A DNA stretch of 64,000 bases from Patescibacteria group bacterium (GTDB lineage Bacteria > Patescibacteriota > Patescibacteriia > S139-126 > S139-133): positions 56,455 through 120,454 of the forward strand of contig JBMYTV010000002.1 of NCBI GenBank assembly GCA_049604715.1. The letters are read 5' to 3'. A program made the position numbers and the translations under genes. The notes under the pieces are model-generated. The model had not been told where the DNA came from, ran no database searches, and saw only the letters and a list, made by a program, of their open reading frames with translations. Numbering within the stretch: the first letter of the stretch is position 1; the number at the start of each line of letters is the position of its first letter. Below, piece after piece: positions 1 through 9,836 of the stretch.

Positions 1-229
1 GCACTGGATACTTCTTTCCTTCAGGTCCGATCATTGCCTGACCATCAAATACACCTTCGATGATGCGTTCGTCATCAGTTTCAAGAGCAATGCCTTCTGT
101 GCGTGCCTTGGTAGATACATCAGCGGGTTTTAGGCCTAGCTCAACGTCTATGTCACCAACGATTTGATTTATTTTGTTTTGAACTGTCAGTAGTTCATTT
201 TTTATATTTTGTAGGTCTATTTTTGCCAT
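1..229 (-). CDS. Conserved hypothetical protein (CPR-type), 5' part; runs off window start
   Basis: Manual translation from ATG at 229: MAKIDLQNIKNELL...IIEGVFDGQAMIGPEGKKYPV, open to position 1; IEGVFDG..M.G..GK.Y.V resembles a motif I recall from Parcubacteria hypothetical proteins. Confidence 0.7.
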   Translation of the reverse strand, partial: MAKIDLQNIKNELLTVQNKINQIVGDIDVELGLKPADVSTKARTEGIALETDDERIIEGVFDGQAMIGPEGKKYPV

Positions 230-288
230 AGTTTTTGTTTTAATATATGCGTTTTTACTATATACTAGAGCGCATTCCTTGGCAATAT

Positions 289-2835
289 CTAAAGACTTGG
301 TTCGTTTGGCACTGGTGACTTAGTGGTAGATTCTCCTAGCTTTGTACGTTCGAGTATTTCTGACGCCACTTCAGCACGCGGTCGACCAAACTTGAGCCGT
401 GACAGCTCTACTATAGCCTTGCCACGCTCAGTATTTCCACCTTCATATGGAGGTATAGTATGCATATTAAATGGGCGAGATGCAGTACCATTTATAAGAA
501 GTTTGATATACGCAGTATAACGCTCAATGTTGATAAGATCGCTTTGTGAAAATACTGGCTGAAATTCTTTTGCCAAAGTTTCAGCATCCTCAATACCAAT
601 ACGGAAAGAAACCATAGTACCAGCATTACCAAGAACAGCATCACGAATTGATGTATCATTATTTTTGACCAGCTGATTCATATACTGGTGAGCAATTGTT
701 AGATTAAGTCTATACTTACGAGCTTCAGATAAAATAGTAGCAATAGAATCAGTTACAAAGTTCTGGAACTCATCGATATAAAGATAAAAATCCTTACGCT
801 CATCCTCAGGTAAATGCGCACGTGTCAGAGCAGCCATTTGCAACTTCGCAACAATAATAAGGCCCAGCAAATTACTATTTACCTCACCCACCTTACCTTT
901 TGATAAGTTTACGAGAAGAATCTTCTGCTTATCCATCACATCCCTAAAATCAAATCCTGACTTTGACTGCCCAATAATATTTCGCACCATTTCATTTTCT
1001 ACAAACCGTCCAACCTTTGAAATCAAATACCCTAGCATTTCCCCGCGGGCTGACTCTGGAGTTTGTGCCATTTCTTTTTCCCAAAAGGCACGAACCATAG
1101 GATCGTCAACGTGTTTTAAGTATTCTTTTTGAAAAGCAGTATCAGTGAAAATACGCGGGATATCTGCAAGTGTTCCTGGATTTTTCTTATTCGACATAAG
1201 TGTCAGCATGGCATTGCGCATGTTGTGTTCAAACATAGGACCAATCATATCTGGATTTGGCACAAGTTTGTAAAAAATTGACACCATCTCTTGCGCAGCA
1301 AAATCCATTTCTTCAGGAGTATCAGCTTCAAGCATATTTAGACCAATTGGCCGCTCAGTATCACCGGGACTAAAAATAATAACATCCTCAGCACGTTCTT
1401 TTGGTATGTGTGGCAATACATGGTCAACAAAATCTCCGTGCGGATCAATGATAGCCATTCCTTTTCCATTTTGAATGTCCTGGATGGCCATATTTTCCAT
1501 ATAAGTCGACTTACCAGTACCAGAACGCCCGACAATATACATATGCCTACGCCGATCATCATCAGTAATACGAACCTCTACTTGCTCGCCACGGTAATTT
1601 GTCTTACCAAGAAGCAGTCCCATTCTAGGCATATCAATAGGCGGAGCTGCCTTACGCGCTGTAAGCCAGGCAATGTTTGGCGTGTCAGTTGTTGGTAGCG
1701 GCAAATGATAAAGTGATGCTAGCTCTTCAGTATTGATAACTAGTTTTTTGCGTTCATTAAAATCACGGTGAATAAACTGCTCAAAAAATGCATCCTTTGA
1801 ATACGGCAAAGACACCTTAAACCGATTTCCATACTGATAAATAGAATACTGACTAAATGACTGCAAAATATCGTTAATATAACCTTGTGCTTGTGGCTGA
1901 CTACTTGCGCTAACTACAATCCTTATATTTGCGTCAAAGCCTGCCTTAGAGGCTTTATTTTCTAAATGTTTCACCATTTCTTGCTCCATTGGTGACAGTG
2001 TGTACTTGTCATCACCCTGAGACTCTTCACCTTTTTTCTTTGAATGAAACACACTCATAAGCGCGGTCACTGGCAGACTCACTGCTTTCATCCACATTGG
2101 TTTATAAACTTGTGACAAGCTCTTCCCCTGCTGCATCTCACGAGCTATTTGAACACCTTTTCGTCTCCAACTCCGCGGTGCAGAGCGAACAACAAACTGA
2201 ATAGCAGCCCCATCATGCTCTTTTACTTTTGACAAACTATTAGCAAGGATGCCCATAGGATCTGACTCCATTTCCTCATATGTTTTTATTGGAAAAACAG
2301 ACGCACGCTCTAATGTAAGGTAGGTACCAAGCGTAACTCCCTGAGCAGTAAAAATATTATAGTCATCAATTTCCTCGATATGAGCATCAGGATATTGTGC
2401 ATGTATTTGCTCCTCCAAAAGCTTTCGTAAATACAAAGGCACAGCAATATAAAAATATATCTGACCGCCTCTTGCTACCATTTCAAGTGACACATGATCA
2501 TGTCGACCAAGTAGTCTAGTTTTGAATGTGCGTTCTGGTTTTAGACCACCGATAACAGCGTACAAACTCTCTGCCACACCAATCTTTTCTTTTATTAGAT
2601 CTAGTGTATTTTTCTCTTGATCCTCCTCAACCCCAGCTCTTGGTACTGCTATTTGTAGTACATTCATGCGGTATTTGCGCGCAACCGGAATCTTAGCCTT
2701 AAGCACTCTACGCAGCACAATAAACGCGATAATAAGTATCGCAACAATAACAGCAAAATAAAATATAAAAAACACGAGCAAACTAACAAGTGTCTGCGGT
2801 GTTACCGTGTCTGGTGGTGAAATAAATATGTCCAT
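289..2835 (-). CDS. VirD4/TraD/HerA-like P-loop ATPase (type IV coupling-protein-like) with N-terminal TM anchor
   Basis: 848 aa; Walker A GRSGTGKS, IDPHGD, Walker B LYIDEFQ, EARKYRL..IAHQ. Confidence 0.85.
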   Translation of the reverse strand: MDIFISPPDTVTPQTLVSLLVFFIFYFAVIVAILIIAFIVLRRVLKAKIPVARKYRMNVLQIAVPRAGVEEDQEKNTLDLIKEKIGVAESLYAVIGGLKPERTFKTRLLGRHDHVSLEMVARGGQIYFYIAVPLYLRKLLEEQIHAQYPDAHIEEIDDYNIFTAQGVTLGTYLTLERASVFPIKTYEEMESDPMGILANSLSKVKEHDGAAIQFVVRSAPRSWRRKGVQIAREMQQGKSLSQVYKPMWMKAVSLPVTALMSVFHSKKKGEESQGDDKYTLSPMEQEMVKHLENKASKAGFDANIRIVVSASSQPQAQGYINDILQSFSQYSIYQYGNRFKVSLPYSKDAFFEQFIHRDFNERKKLVINTEELASLYHLPLPTTDTPNIAWLTARKAAPPIDMPRMGLLLGKTNYRGEQVEVRITDDDRRRHMYIVGRSGTGKSTYMENMAIQDIQNGKGMAIIDPHGDFVDHVLPHIPKERAEDVIIFSPGDTERPIGLNMLEADTPEEMDFAAQEMVSIFYKLVPNPDMIGPMFEHNMRNAMLTLMSNKKNPGTLADIPRIFTDTAFQKEYLKHVDDPMVRAFWEKEMAQTPESARGEMLGYLISKVGRFVENEMVRNIIGQSKSGFDFRDVMDKQKILLVNLSKGKVGEVNSNLLGLIIVAKLQMAALTRAHLPEDERKDFYLYIDEFQNFVTDSIATILSEARKYRLNLTIAHQYMNQLVKNNDTSIRDAVLGNAGTMVSFRIGIEDAETLAKEFQPVFSQSDLINIERYTAYIKLLINGTASRPFNMHTIPPYEGGNTERGKAIVELSRLKFGRPRAEVASEILERTKLGESTTKSPVPNEPSL

Positions 2836-2856
2836 GGGGGCGAAATTGGCAATTAC

Positions 2857-3363
2857 TTACATTGTAAGATTGTCTTTGGAGTCTGTGTTAGCATTAGAGT
2901 GATCATGCTCATGCATTTCTACAACTTTATCAGTTTTGAGTTTTGCTTCTTGCTCAACAAAGTATTTGTTGATTCCTGGAATAATGCGGAGCCACTTTGC
3001 AATAACACTAACAATTCTCCTTGTTTTGATCTTTGTCTGATGCACAAGATCAAATACCATCTTAGTGGTTTCTTCTCCTGATTCTTTAAAGGTTTTTTGT
3101 GTCGCTGGATCAAGCTTTGCGTACACATCCTTGAGGTCCTCCTCTAAAATATCCTCAATTTCTTCCATTTCCTGCTCCTGCTCTGGAGTAAGTTGCTCCT
3201 TTGATTCTTCATCATCAGGTATGTGTGGTTTTGCGACCGGTGTTTTTGCTGGTTGTTTTGGGGCAGCCTCAACCGCAGGTGCTTGTTCTTGCACTGGCTT
3301 TGATTCAGCACCTGTTTCTGGTGTTGGTGGAAATTGTTCTGGAGAAATTCTTTGTTCAGGCAT
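2857..3363 (-). CDS. Hypothetical protein; Pro/Glu-rich N-terminus, helical C-terminal domain
   Basis: 168 aa ORF co-oriented with the ATPase; WLRIIPGINKYFVEQEAKLKTDK. Confidence 0.7.
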   Translation of the reverse strand: MPEQRISPEQFPPTPETGAESKPVQEQAPAVEAAPKQPAKTPVAKPHIPDDEESKEQLTPEQEQEMEEIEDILEEDLKDVYAKLDPATQKTFKESGEETTKMVFDLVHQTKIKTRRIVSVIAKWLRIIPGINKYFVEQEAKLKTDKVVEMHEHDHSNANTDSKDNLTM

Positions 3364-3460
3364 ATAACTTTCTTTGGTTTGTAGTATATCATTTTTTATG
3401 TAATCGAAAAATACTATAATTATTTTTTTGTGTTATACTATAGACAACTAAAAGGAGCCC

Positions 3461-4390
3461 ATGTCTCATATTAAAAAAATTGCAACAAACCAGGTTACCT
3501 GGTTAAATATCGTGAATCCTACAAAAGACGATATTGCTTTTTTGCGTGATGAATTTCACTTTCATCCTATCAATCTAGAAGACGCCTCTGTCAATGTACG
3601 TGCTCAACGTCCTAAATTTGACATGCATGATGACTATTTGTTTCTTGTTCTTCATTTTCCTGTATATGATGAAGCTGCTGGCAGAATCAAGGCTGCTGAA
3701 GTTGACTTCTTTATTGGCAAAGAACATTTGATAACAGTGCATGATAACTCTCTTACGCCTGTAAAAGACTTTGAAAAACTATGCCTTGAGTTTGATCACT
3801 ACCGTGAGCAGTACTTATCACAAAATCCATCTGTACTGCTCTACGAAATTCTTGATCGGCTACTTGAGTACTGCTTCCCTATACTTGATCATATGAGTGA
3901 AGACATTGAACATATAGAAGATAAAATTTTTGCTGGAGAAGAAAAAAAGATAGTAAAAGATATTTTACAAATAAAACGTAACATAGCAAACTTCCGTAAA
4001 ATAATGCAATCACACAACAAAATTATCAAGAAACTTATTGCTATGGATACGGCCTTTTTCCCACATGTAGATATGCACCAATATTACAATGACTTAGTTG
4101 AGGAGACAAAAGATATTTGGCAAATACTAGAAACTCACAAAGAGACTATTGATGCGCTTCACCAAACCAATGATGCATCACTTTCATACAAACTTAATGA
4201 CATAATGAAAACACTGACAATATTCTCAGTTGTTGTCTTCCCACTTACTTTGCTAGCTGCAATATTTGGCATGAATACTGAATATCTACCTGTTGTTGGT
4301 ATACCTGGTGATTTTTGGTGGATTACAGGGTTTATGTTGTTTTTGACACTTCTAATGTTCTTCTTTTTCAAACGTCGAAATTGGTTATAA
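3461..4390 (+). CDS. corA: CorA family Mg2+/Co2+ transporter
   Basis: 309 aa; FGMN signature and two C-terminal TM helices; AAGGAG SD upstream. Confidence 0.93.
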   Translation: MSHIKKIATNQVTWLNIVNPTKDDIAFLRDEFHFHPINLEDASVNVRAQRPKFDMHDDYLFLVLHFPVYDEAAGRIKAAEVDFFIGKEHLITVHDNSLTPVKDFEKLCLEFDHYREQYLSQNPSVLLYEILDRLLEYCFPILDHMSEDIEHIEDKIFAGEEKKIVKDILQIKRNIANFRKIMQSHNKIIKKLIAMDTAFFPHVDMHQYYNDLVEETKDIWQILETHKETIDALHQTNDASLSYKLNDIMKTLTIFSVVVFPLTLLAAIFGMNTEYLPVVGIPGDFWWITGFMLFLTLLMFFFFKRRNWL

Positions 4391-4406
4391 GATTTTTTTC
4401 CAGTAT

Positions 4407-4435
4407 AAAACCCGGCGCTTTGGTGTCCGGGTTTT
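4407..4435. terminator. Bidirectional intrinsic terminator
   Basis: AAAACCCGG-cgctttggtgt-CCGGGTTTT between convergent corA and 4464-4973. Confidence 0.75.
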
Positions 4436-4463
4436 AAAATTTTTTTAAAAGAAAGCAGGGATG

Positions 4464-4973
4464 TTATTTGATAAGAGCTCGGCTGCTCTTCCGAGTTTTT
4501 CTGGCTCGGCTTTTTTCGGCTTGTTGTTTTTTCCGCGCAATCAGATTGCGAGTTCCGATAGTGTCGCACATAACGTACGCCAGTATCGGAAAAACAATAG
4601 TACCGGCAAGCCACTGGGTCCAGGTCAACGGATCAAGGCTAAAGAGCCCATCGTATGACAGCTCTATGCCATACGCAGACTTAAAGCCTTCAGCCATATT
4701 CGCGATACCAGAAGCGAAAAGCACTAAACCGGTAACAACACGGACCATCCAGGCAAGCTCGCCATCCTTGAGCAGTTCGTCCTTGAAAATCGACATTGCA
4801 ACCACCCCGGCGTCAATTGCAAATGCGGCAATCGCCCCGAGAATTAAATTATGATAAAAAAACTGACTCATAAATGATGCGGTATGCAAAAACGTGGCAC
4901 TTAAAATACCGATCAGACACAAAGCACCAGGCCGATATTTAACCAGCTCTCTAAACTTGAATCTCATTTCCAT
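4464..4973 (-). CDS. ORFan 4-TM membrane protein, basic C-tail; paralog of 5156-5719
   Basis: 169 aa; hydrophobic segments; AGAGGA SD; shares GF..AY.I..S.D..F.LD.LT.TQW.AG.IVFP.LAY.M with neighbour. Confidence 0.8.
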   Translation of the reverse strand: MEMRFKFRELVKYRPGALCLIGILSATFLHTASFMSQFFYHNLILGAIAAFAIDAGVVAMSIFKDELLKDGELAWMVRVVTGLVLFASGIANMAEGFKSAYGIELSYDGLFSLDPLTWTQWLAGTIVFPILAYVMCDTIGTRNLIARKKQQAEKSRARKTRKSSRALIK

Positions 4974-5049
4974 AGCTTCCTCTCTTGTCTTTATATGATT
5001 TTATATAGCCATTTTTGAATGGCCTACATTTTTTAAATAGCGACCTGAT

Positions 5050-5078
5050 AATCTACAATAAAGATTAAAATGTGTCAA
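5050..5078 (-). promoter_or_regulatory. Sigma70-type promoter of 4464-4973
   Basis: TTGACA-17 nt-TAGATT on minus strand. Confidence 0.7.
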
Positions 5079-5080
5079 GT

Positions 5081-5107
5081 AAAAAACCCTACCGCATTGC
5101 GGAGGGT
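5081..5107 (-). terminator. Intrinsic terminator of 5156-5719
   Basis: ACCCT-CCGC..GCGG-AGGGT hairpin followed by T6 on minus strand. Confidence 0.7.
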
Positions 5108-5155
5108 AAAAAGGTATAACTTTTATATATTTCATTATAATTATAAACAAACAAC

Positions 5156-5719
5156 TCACTGGCCTTTTCGGTTTTTCTTAGCAATTGCTTCGCCCATATC
5201 ATAAGCGAGCATAGGAAAAACAATACAGCCAGCAATCCACTGGGTTTTTGTAAGAAAATCCAGCTCAAAAAACGCGTCTATTGAGAACGTAATCTCATAA
5301 GCCAATTCAAACCCATAGCCCATAAAAATATACCCAACCCAGGCCACAATAAAATGTGTGTATAGCTGGATAAGAGCTGGAACAAAACGTGCTCCAAGAG
5401 CATGGAGTTGATCTTTGTACGAGTTTATAGCCAGAGTTGCAATAACAAACAGAACGTACGACGCTACATCACCGAACGGATTGCTACTACGCGCAGCGTA
5501 GCTTTTTATGACATCACCAAAAGATGACCCAAAAAAGAGAAATAAATACCAAAAACCCCAGTGGTATTTAAACTTAAATAGATCAAGCGTAAATAACGGA
5601 ACTTTCAACATTTGAATTTTTTTTGAAGAAGAACGACGTTTTGAACCTCTTCTTTTCTTTCTGTATTTTCTGCGATTCTTTCTGTACTTATAATCATTAC
5701 GCCCGATATATGTCTTCAT
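5156..5719 (-). CDS. ORFan 4-TM membrane protein with polybasic N-terminus; paralog of 4464-4973
   Basis: 187 aa; N-terminus YKYRKNRRKYRKKRRGSKRR; GAGG SD 8 nt upstream. Confidence 0.8.
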   Translation of the reverse strand: MKTYIGRNDYKYRKNRRKYRKKRRGSKRRSSSKKIQMLKVPLFTLDLFKFKYHWGFWYLFLFFGSSFGDVIKSYAARSSNPFGDVASYVLFVIATLAINSYKDQLHALGARFVPALIQLYTHFIVAWVGYIFMGYGFELAYEITFSIDAFFELDFLTKTQWIAGCIVFPMLAYDMGEAIAKKNRKGQ

Positions 5720-5836
5720 AGTCTTTGCCTCGTTGTGTCTGTGACTTTGACTTATAAAAAACTGGGAAGGTACTACGCCTTTGTGTTTTATGAGTGTTTT
5801 CTATGAAATATAGCGCTTGTTGTAAATGAACAAGAT

Positions 5837-5865
5837 AACATACATAAAATACGATAAATTGTCAA
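5837..5865 (-). promoter_or_regulatory. Sigma70-type promoter of 5156-5719
   Basis: TTGACA-17 nt-TATGTT; boxA-like GTTCATTTACAAC at 5819-5831 just downstream. Confidence 0.7.
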
Positions 5866-5906
5866 CAATCATTGCTAAAAAATACAAGCTCTACTACAAT
5901 CAAAGC

Positions 5907-7334
5907 ATGAAGAAAATAACATTCACCAATACACTTGGCAAAACAAAACAAGAGCTCAAACCTCTTGATAAAAATAATATCACCATGTACCACTGCGGTC
6001 CTACTGTATACTGGACCCAGCACATTGGCAATTTACGTGCTGTAGTCATGGCTGATTTGGTTGTGCGTACGCTTTCCTACCTTGACTACAAAGTTAAGCT
6101 TGTACGTAACTACACAGATGTTGGTCACCTCACTTCAGACAGTGATACAGGTCAGGATAAAATGGAAAAAGCAGCCAAACGCGAATCACTCTCTCCAGAT
6201 GAAATTGCTCAAAAGTATATTGATATTTTTGAACATGATATTCATGCACTTGGTGTACCGGATGCAGATGTAAAACCACGCGCAACAAAGCACGTGAATG
6301 AAATGATCGCGATGGTTCAAGAATTACTTAAAAAAGAATATGCCTATACTACAGATTTGGCAGTATATTTTGATGTATCAAAAGCTAATGACTATACAAA
6401 ACTCTCCGGACAAAACTTAGAAGAAAATATTGCGCATGCTGGTACTGGTGATGTAAAAGATGATGACAAAAAAAATCCAGCTGACTTTGCATTGTGGTTT
6501 TTCAAAGCTGGCGCCCACGCTAATGCACTCCAGACTTGGTCTAGTCCATTTACCTCACCGCTTGTTCAAAACGGCGAAGGGTTTCCTGGTTGGCACATTG
6601 AGTGTAGTGCTATGGCGCAAAAACACCTAGGTAACACAATTGATATCCATATGGGTGGCATTGAGCACATTCCAGTGCACCACACTAACGAAATTGCACA
6701 ATCAGAACATGCAACTGGCGAGCCTTTTGCAAACATTTGGCTGCATAACGAACACTTGACTGTAGATGATAAAAAAATGGCCAAATCAGAAGGAACTAGC
6801 TTCTCACTGCAAGAAATCGTTGAAAAAGGCTTTGACCCACTAGCCCTGCGGTATTTTTTCTTGCAGGCACATTACCGCTCAAAACAAAACTTTACTTGGG
6901 AAGCACTAGCAAGTGCACAAACAACCTTGAATAAACTATATTTACAAATTCTCAACCTTCCCGAAAAAGGCGGATCGTTAAATGATGAATTTGCAAGAAC
7001 CTTTACCAAAGCACTCTCAGATGATGTGAATACACCACAAGCATTAGCAGTTGTATGGGACATGCTCAAATCTGACATACCAGCAGAGGACAAGTACAAA
7101 ACACTCATGTCCTTTGATGAGGTATTGGGGTTATCATTACAAAAACGACGTGAACATATCACTCATGCTCTTGAAACACTTCCAAAGGAAGTATCAGATA
7201 TGATGAAAGAGCGCGATAACGCACGCAATGAAAAAAACTGGCCAAAAGCTGACAGTCTTCGAGACGCAATTTTAGAAAAAGGATTCTGGGTAGAAGATAC
7301 TCCAGACGGAACCAAATTGATACCAAAACTATAA
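5907..7334 (+). CDS. cysS: Cysteine--tRNA ligase
   Basis: CGPTVY, HIGN, PGWHIECS, KMAKS motifs; start moved to ATG 5907 (TTGCTA-17-TACAAT-6 nt-ATG, leaderless). Confidence 0.96.
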   Translation: MKKITFTNTLGKTKQELKPLDKNNITMYHCGPTVYWTQHIGNLRAVVMADLVVRTLSYLDYKVKLVRNYTDVGHLTSDSDTGQDKMEKAAKRESLSPDEIAQKYIDIFEHDIHALGVPDADVKPRATKHVNEMIAMVQELLKKEYAYTTDLAVYFDVSKANDYTKLSGQNLEENIAHAGTGDVKDDDKKNPADFALWFFKAGAHANALQTWSSPFTSPLVQNGEGFPGWHIECSAMAQKHLGNTIDIHMGGIEHIPVHHTNEIAQSEHATGEPFANIWLHNEHLTVDDKKMAKSEGTSFSLQEIVEKGFDPLALRYFFLQAHYRSKQNFTWEALASAQTTLNKLYLQILNLPEKGGSLNDEFARTFTKALSDDVNTPQALAVVWDMLKSDIPAEDKYKTLMSFDEVLGLSLQKRREHITHALETLPKEVSDMMKERDNARNEKNWPKADSLRDAILEKGFWVEDTPDGTKLIPKL

Positions 7335-7730
7335 ACGCTCTTGGTATTGCCTCACAAACAACTCAACATTTTTGAATATACTCTCCTTTAGAGCCTCTTC
7401 AGGAGTAAAGTATTTAACTGCCACACATTCATCTGATGGCGTGAAGTTGAGATGCTCAAGACTTGCCTCATAAATAATATTTGCTTTCCAACTCCCCTTC
7501 TCTTCCCAGGTTGTTACAAAATCTGGAGTTTCTTTTATATAAGTAACTGGTATTTGCATTTCTTCTTTTATTTCCCTTTTCAAACCTTCATGTGGTGTTT
7601 CACCATGATCAAGTCCTCCTCCTGGAAGCTCCCAAGTACCATTATCCTCTTGAACTAATAAAAAACGCTTATCTTCATCCAATACAAGCGCCTTTACGCT
7701 GATGCGGTAGTGTGCATGTGGAGTTGTCAT
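7329..7730 (-). CDS. NUDIX hydrolase
   Basis: 133 aa; Nudix box PGGGLDHGETPHEGLKREIKEE. Confidence 0.9.
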   Translation of the reverse strand: MTTPHAHYRISVKALVLDEDKRFLLVQEDNGTWELPGGGLDHGETPHEGLKREIKEEMQIPVTYIKETPDFVTTWEEKGSWKANIIYEASLEHLNFTPSDECVAVKYFTPEEALKESIFKNVELFVRQYQERL

Positions 7731-7737
7731 ATAATAC

Positions 7738-7766
7738 TTGCGTTAATATTAGCTACATGATAGTAT
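7738..7766 (+). promoter_or_regulatory. Sigma70-type promoter of 7837-8175
   Basis: TTGCGT-17 nt-TAGTAT; boxA-like GCCCTTTAAACAAC at 7788-7801. Confidence 0.55.
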
Positions 7767-7836
7767 ATTATGTATTTCAATTCAGCAGCCCTTTAAACAA
7801 CTACATACAATCATCTCAAAACAAGTGGTATAATTA

Positions 7837-8175
7837 ATGGCTAAAAAAATGAGAAAAACTAAAGAACCAAGTATGTGGTATGTTATGTTTTTATTGATTA
7901 AATCAATATTTGTCCATCCAACAGCAGAAGAAGCATCAATAGTTGCCGGATCGGTATTTGATCTTCGAAGATTTAAAAGCTTCAAAAGTGTCAAGCCGGG
8001 CGATGTGATGACAGATGTTGATAATTTCAATCAACGACGTGACGCGACGGTTATCAAAGTTGAAGATGGAATTATTCACTGCGAAGTGAACATTGATCAA
8101 CCGCGGACAGTCAAGTATCACCAGAAAACTGGGATTAATGTCCTGGGAAAAGCTTTTGGTCATTTGGAATGGTAA
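7837..8175 (+). CDS. ORFan small protein; basic N-terminus, possible SH3/KOW-like beta-barrel
   Basis: 112 aa with own promoter and terminator; VKPGDVM...ATVIKVEDGIIHC pattern. Confidence 0.7.
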   Translation: MAKKMRKTKEPSMWYVMFLLIKSIFVHPTAEEASIVAGSVFDLRRFKSFKSVKPGDVMTDVDNFNQRRDATVIKVEDGIIHCEVNIDQPRTVKYHQKTGINVLGKAFGHLEW

Positions 8176-8182
8176 AAAATGT

Positions 8183-8208
8183 AGACTATCAAAATTTGAT
8201 AGTCTTTT
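8183..8208 (+). terminator. Intrinsic terminator
   Basis: AGACTATCAAA-a-TTTGATAGTCT followed by T-run. Confidence 0.7.
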
Positions 8209-8227
8209 ATATTACTACACCAAAACC

Positions 8228-8707
8228 TTACTTTTTACTTTTTAAAATTATACCTTTTGCAAAATCGCCATACCCAACACCATAAATCTTCGCCCAAACA
8301 TCTATATTTACATATACATTATCATTCATTCTTATTTTCAAATACTGATGTGGAGATATAAACCATACCCTTGTCCATTTTAATGAAATGTCAGCCTCTT
8401 CAAAATGCCCACTATGCACTAGCAGGTACTTTGCCAAATAGTTAATATTCGTACAGTGCAAATAACCTGTCTTCTTCCATAACTCATCAATATCTGTGTA
8501 CAAAAGCTCATACACACGTGTATATGTTTTGACTCGGCTACCATGATACTTATCAGACAAGTATGTATATACTTTTAGTAAACAGTCTTCTTTAGAAGGC
8601 AACCCTTTAAGTCCCTCAATAAGTTCCTGCATTTCAGATGAGATATTGGTATGTGTTTTCAGCTTTCTTTGTAAAAACATAAAAATACATGTTATATACC
8701 TCATCAT
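8228..8707 (-). CDS. Hypothetical protein, possibly transglutaminase-like (Cys-His-Asp)
   Basis: 159 aa; LHCTNINY, PHQYL, IDVW spacing; start uncertain. Confidence 0.6.
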   Translation of the reverse strand: MMRYITCIFMFLQRKLKTHTNISSEMQELIEGLKGLPSKEDCLLKVYTYLSDKYHGSRVKTYTRVYELLYTDIDELWKKTGYLHCTNINYLAKYLLVHSGHFEEADISLKWTRVWFISPHQYLKIRMNDNVYVNIDVWAKIYGVGYGDFAKGIILKSKK

Positions 8708-8773
8708 AGCACAAACACCTTATCTCAGCCAAAAACTTGAAAAATTCAAAATATCCGTTATACTGCTCTAGAT

Positions 8774-9802
8774 ATGGACAATTTTTGGCAAAAACAAAAT
8801 AAACCTATTTTAGCACTGGCGCCTATGGCAGGTGTAACTGATATTGCCTTTCGGCAGATGTGTAAGCAATACGGTGCTGATGTGATTTATACTGAATTTG
8901 CATCTGCAGATGCGCTTATTTATGAATCACAAAAAACATTTGATATGATCCGATTCGCAGAAGAAGAGCGCCCTGTTGTTGTGCAAATTTTTGGCAACAA
9001 GCCAGAACATATGGGAAAAGCAGCTGCTATCTGCGAAGAACTCGGCTTTGATGGTATTGACATTAATTTTGGTTGTCCTGCTTATAAAGTTGTGAAACAC
9101 GGTGGTGGTGTCTCACTAATGCGTGAACCTGAGAGATGCCGTGAGCTTATTCAAGCAACTATTGAAGCTGTAAAAATTCCAGTATCTATAAAAATCCGCT
9201 CAAGTATATCTAGAGAGAGTAATGGTACAAAAAAGACAAAAAATAGTTTTGTCCCTGATGTGTCTGATCCTACTGACTGCGGCACAGAAACTGATCTTGA
9301 CTCTGTAACAGCTATTGAGTTTATTGAAGCGCTAAATGGGCTTGATATTGCAGCTATTATGATTCATGCCCGAAGCTATGAACGTCCATTTGATGGCTAC
9401 CCTGAAGTTGAGATTGTACAAAAACTTCGGAAAGTATACGACGGTATACTGATCCATAATGGTGGTATCTATACTCCAGAAGTTGCAAAAGAGCTTTTAG
9501 AAAAAACTGGTGCAGACGGTCTTGGCATTGCGCGCGGTGCTTGGGGTCAGCCATGGCTATTTCAGCAGATTAAAGAGTATTTAGAAACCGGTGAGTACTG
9601 GCAACCTTCTCACGACGAGATCATACCAATAATTTTAGAACATGCCCGGCGTGCCTTTGATCAAAAGGGAGAGCGCGGTGTCATAGAGCTACGTAAACAT
9701 TTGTCATGGTATATCAAAGGCTGGCCAGAAGCTAAAAAGATGAGAAACAAACTGATGCAAACCAAGTCATACGAAGAAGTAGAAAATATTCTCAAATATT
9801 AA
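8774..9802 (+). CDS. dusB: tRNA-dihydrouridine synthase (DusB-like)
   Basis: LAPMAGVTD, IDINFGCP, HARS, HNGGI, RKHLSWY motifs. Confidence 0.92.
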   Translation: MDNFWQKQNKPILALAPMAGVTDIAFRQMCKQYGADVIYTEFASADALIYESQKTFDMIRFAEEERPVVVQIFGNKPEHMGKAAAICEELGFDGIDINFGCPAYKVVKHGGGVSLMREPERCRELIQATIEAVKIPVSIKIRSSISRESNGTKKTKNSFVPDVSDPTDCGTETDLDSVTAIEFIEALNGLDIAAIMIHARSYERPFDGYPEVEIVQKLRKVYDGILIHNGGIYTPEVAKELLEKTGADGLGIARGAWGQPWLFQQIKEYLETGEYWQPSHDEIIPIILEHARRAFDQKGERGVIELRKHLSWYIKGWPEAKKMRNKLMQTKSYEEVENILKY

Positions 9803-9828
9803 ACCGACGTATTTTACGTCGGTTTTAA
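9799..9828. terminator. Palindromic bidirectional terminator, copy 1 of 2
   Basis: TTAAACCGACGTATTTTACGTCGGTTTTAA; near-identical copy at 10407-10436. Confidence 0.8.
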
Positions 9829-9836
9829 TTCAATTG

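Noticed and set aside
5826-5906. N-terminal extension of CysS
   Set aside because: Contains divergent promoters; CysS-like sequence begins at ATG 5907.
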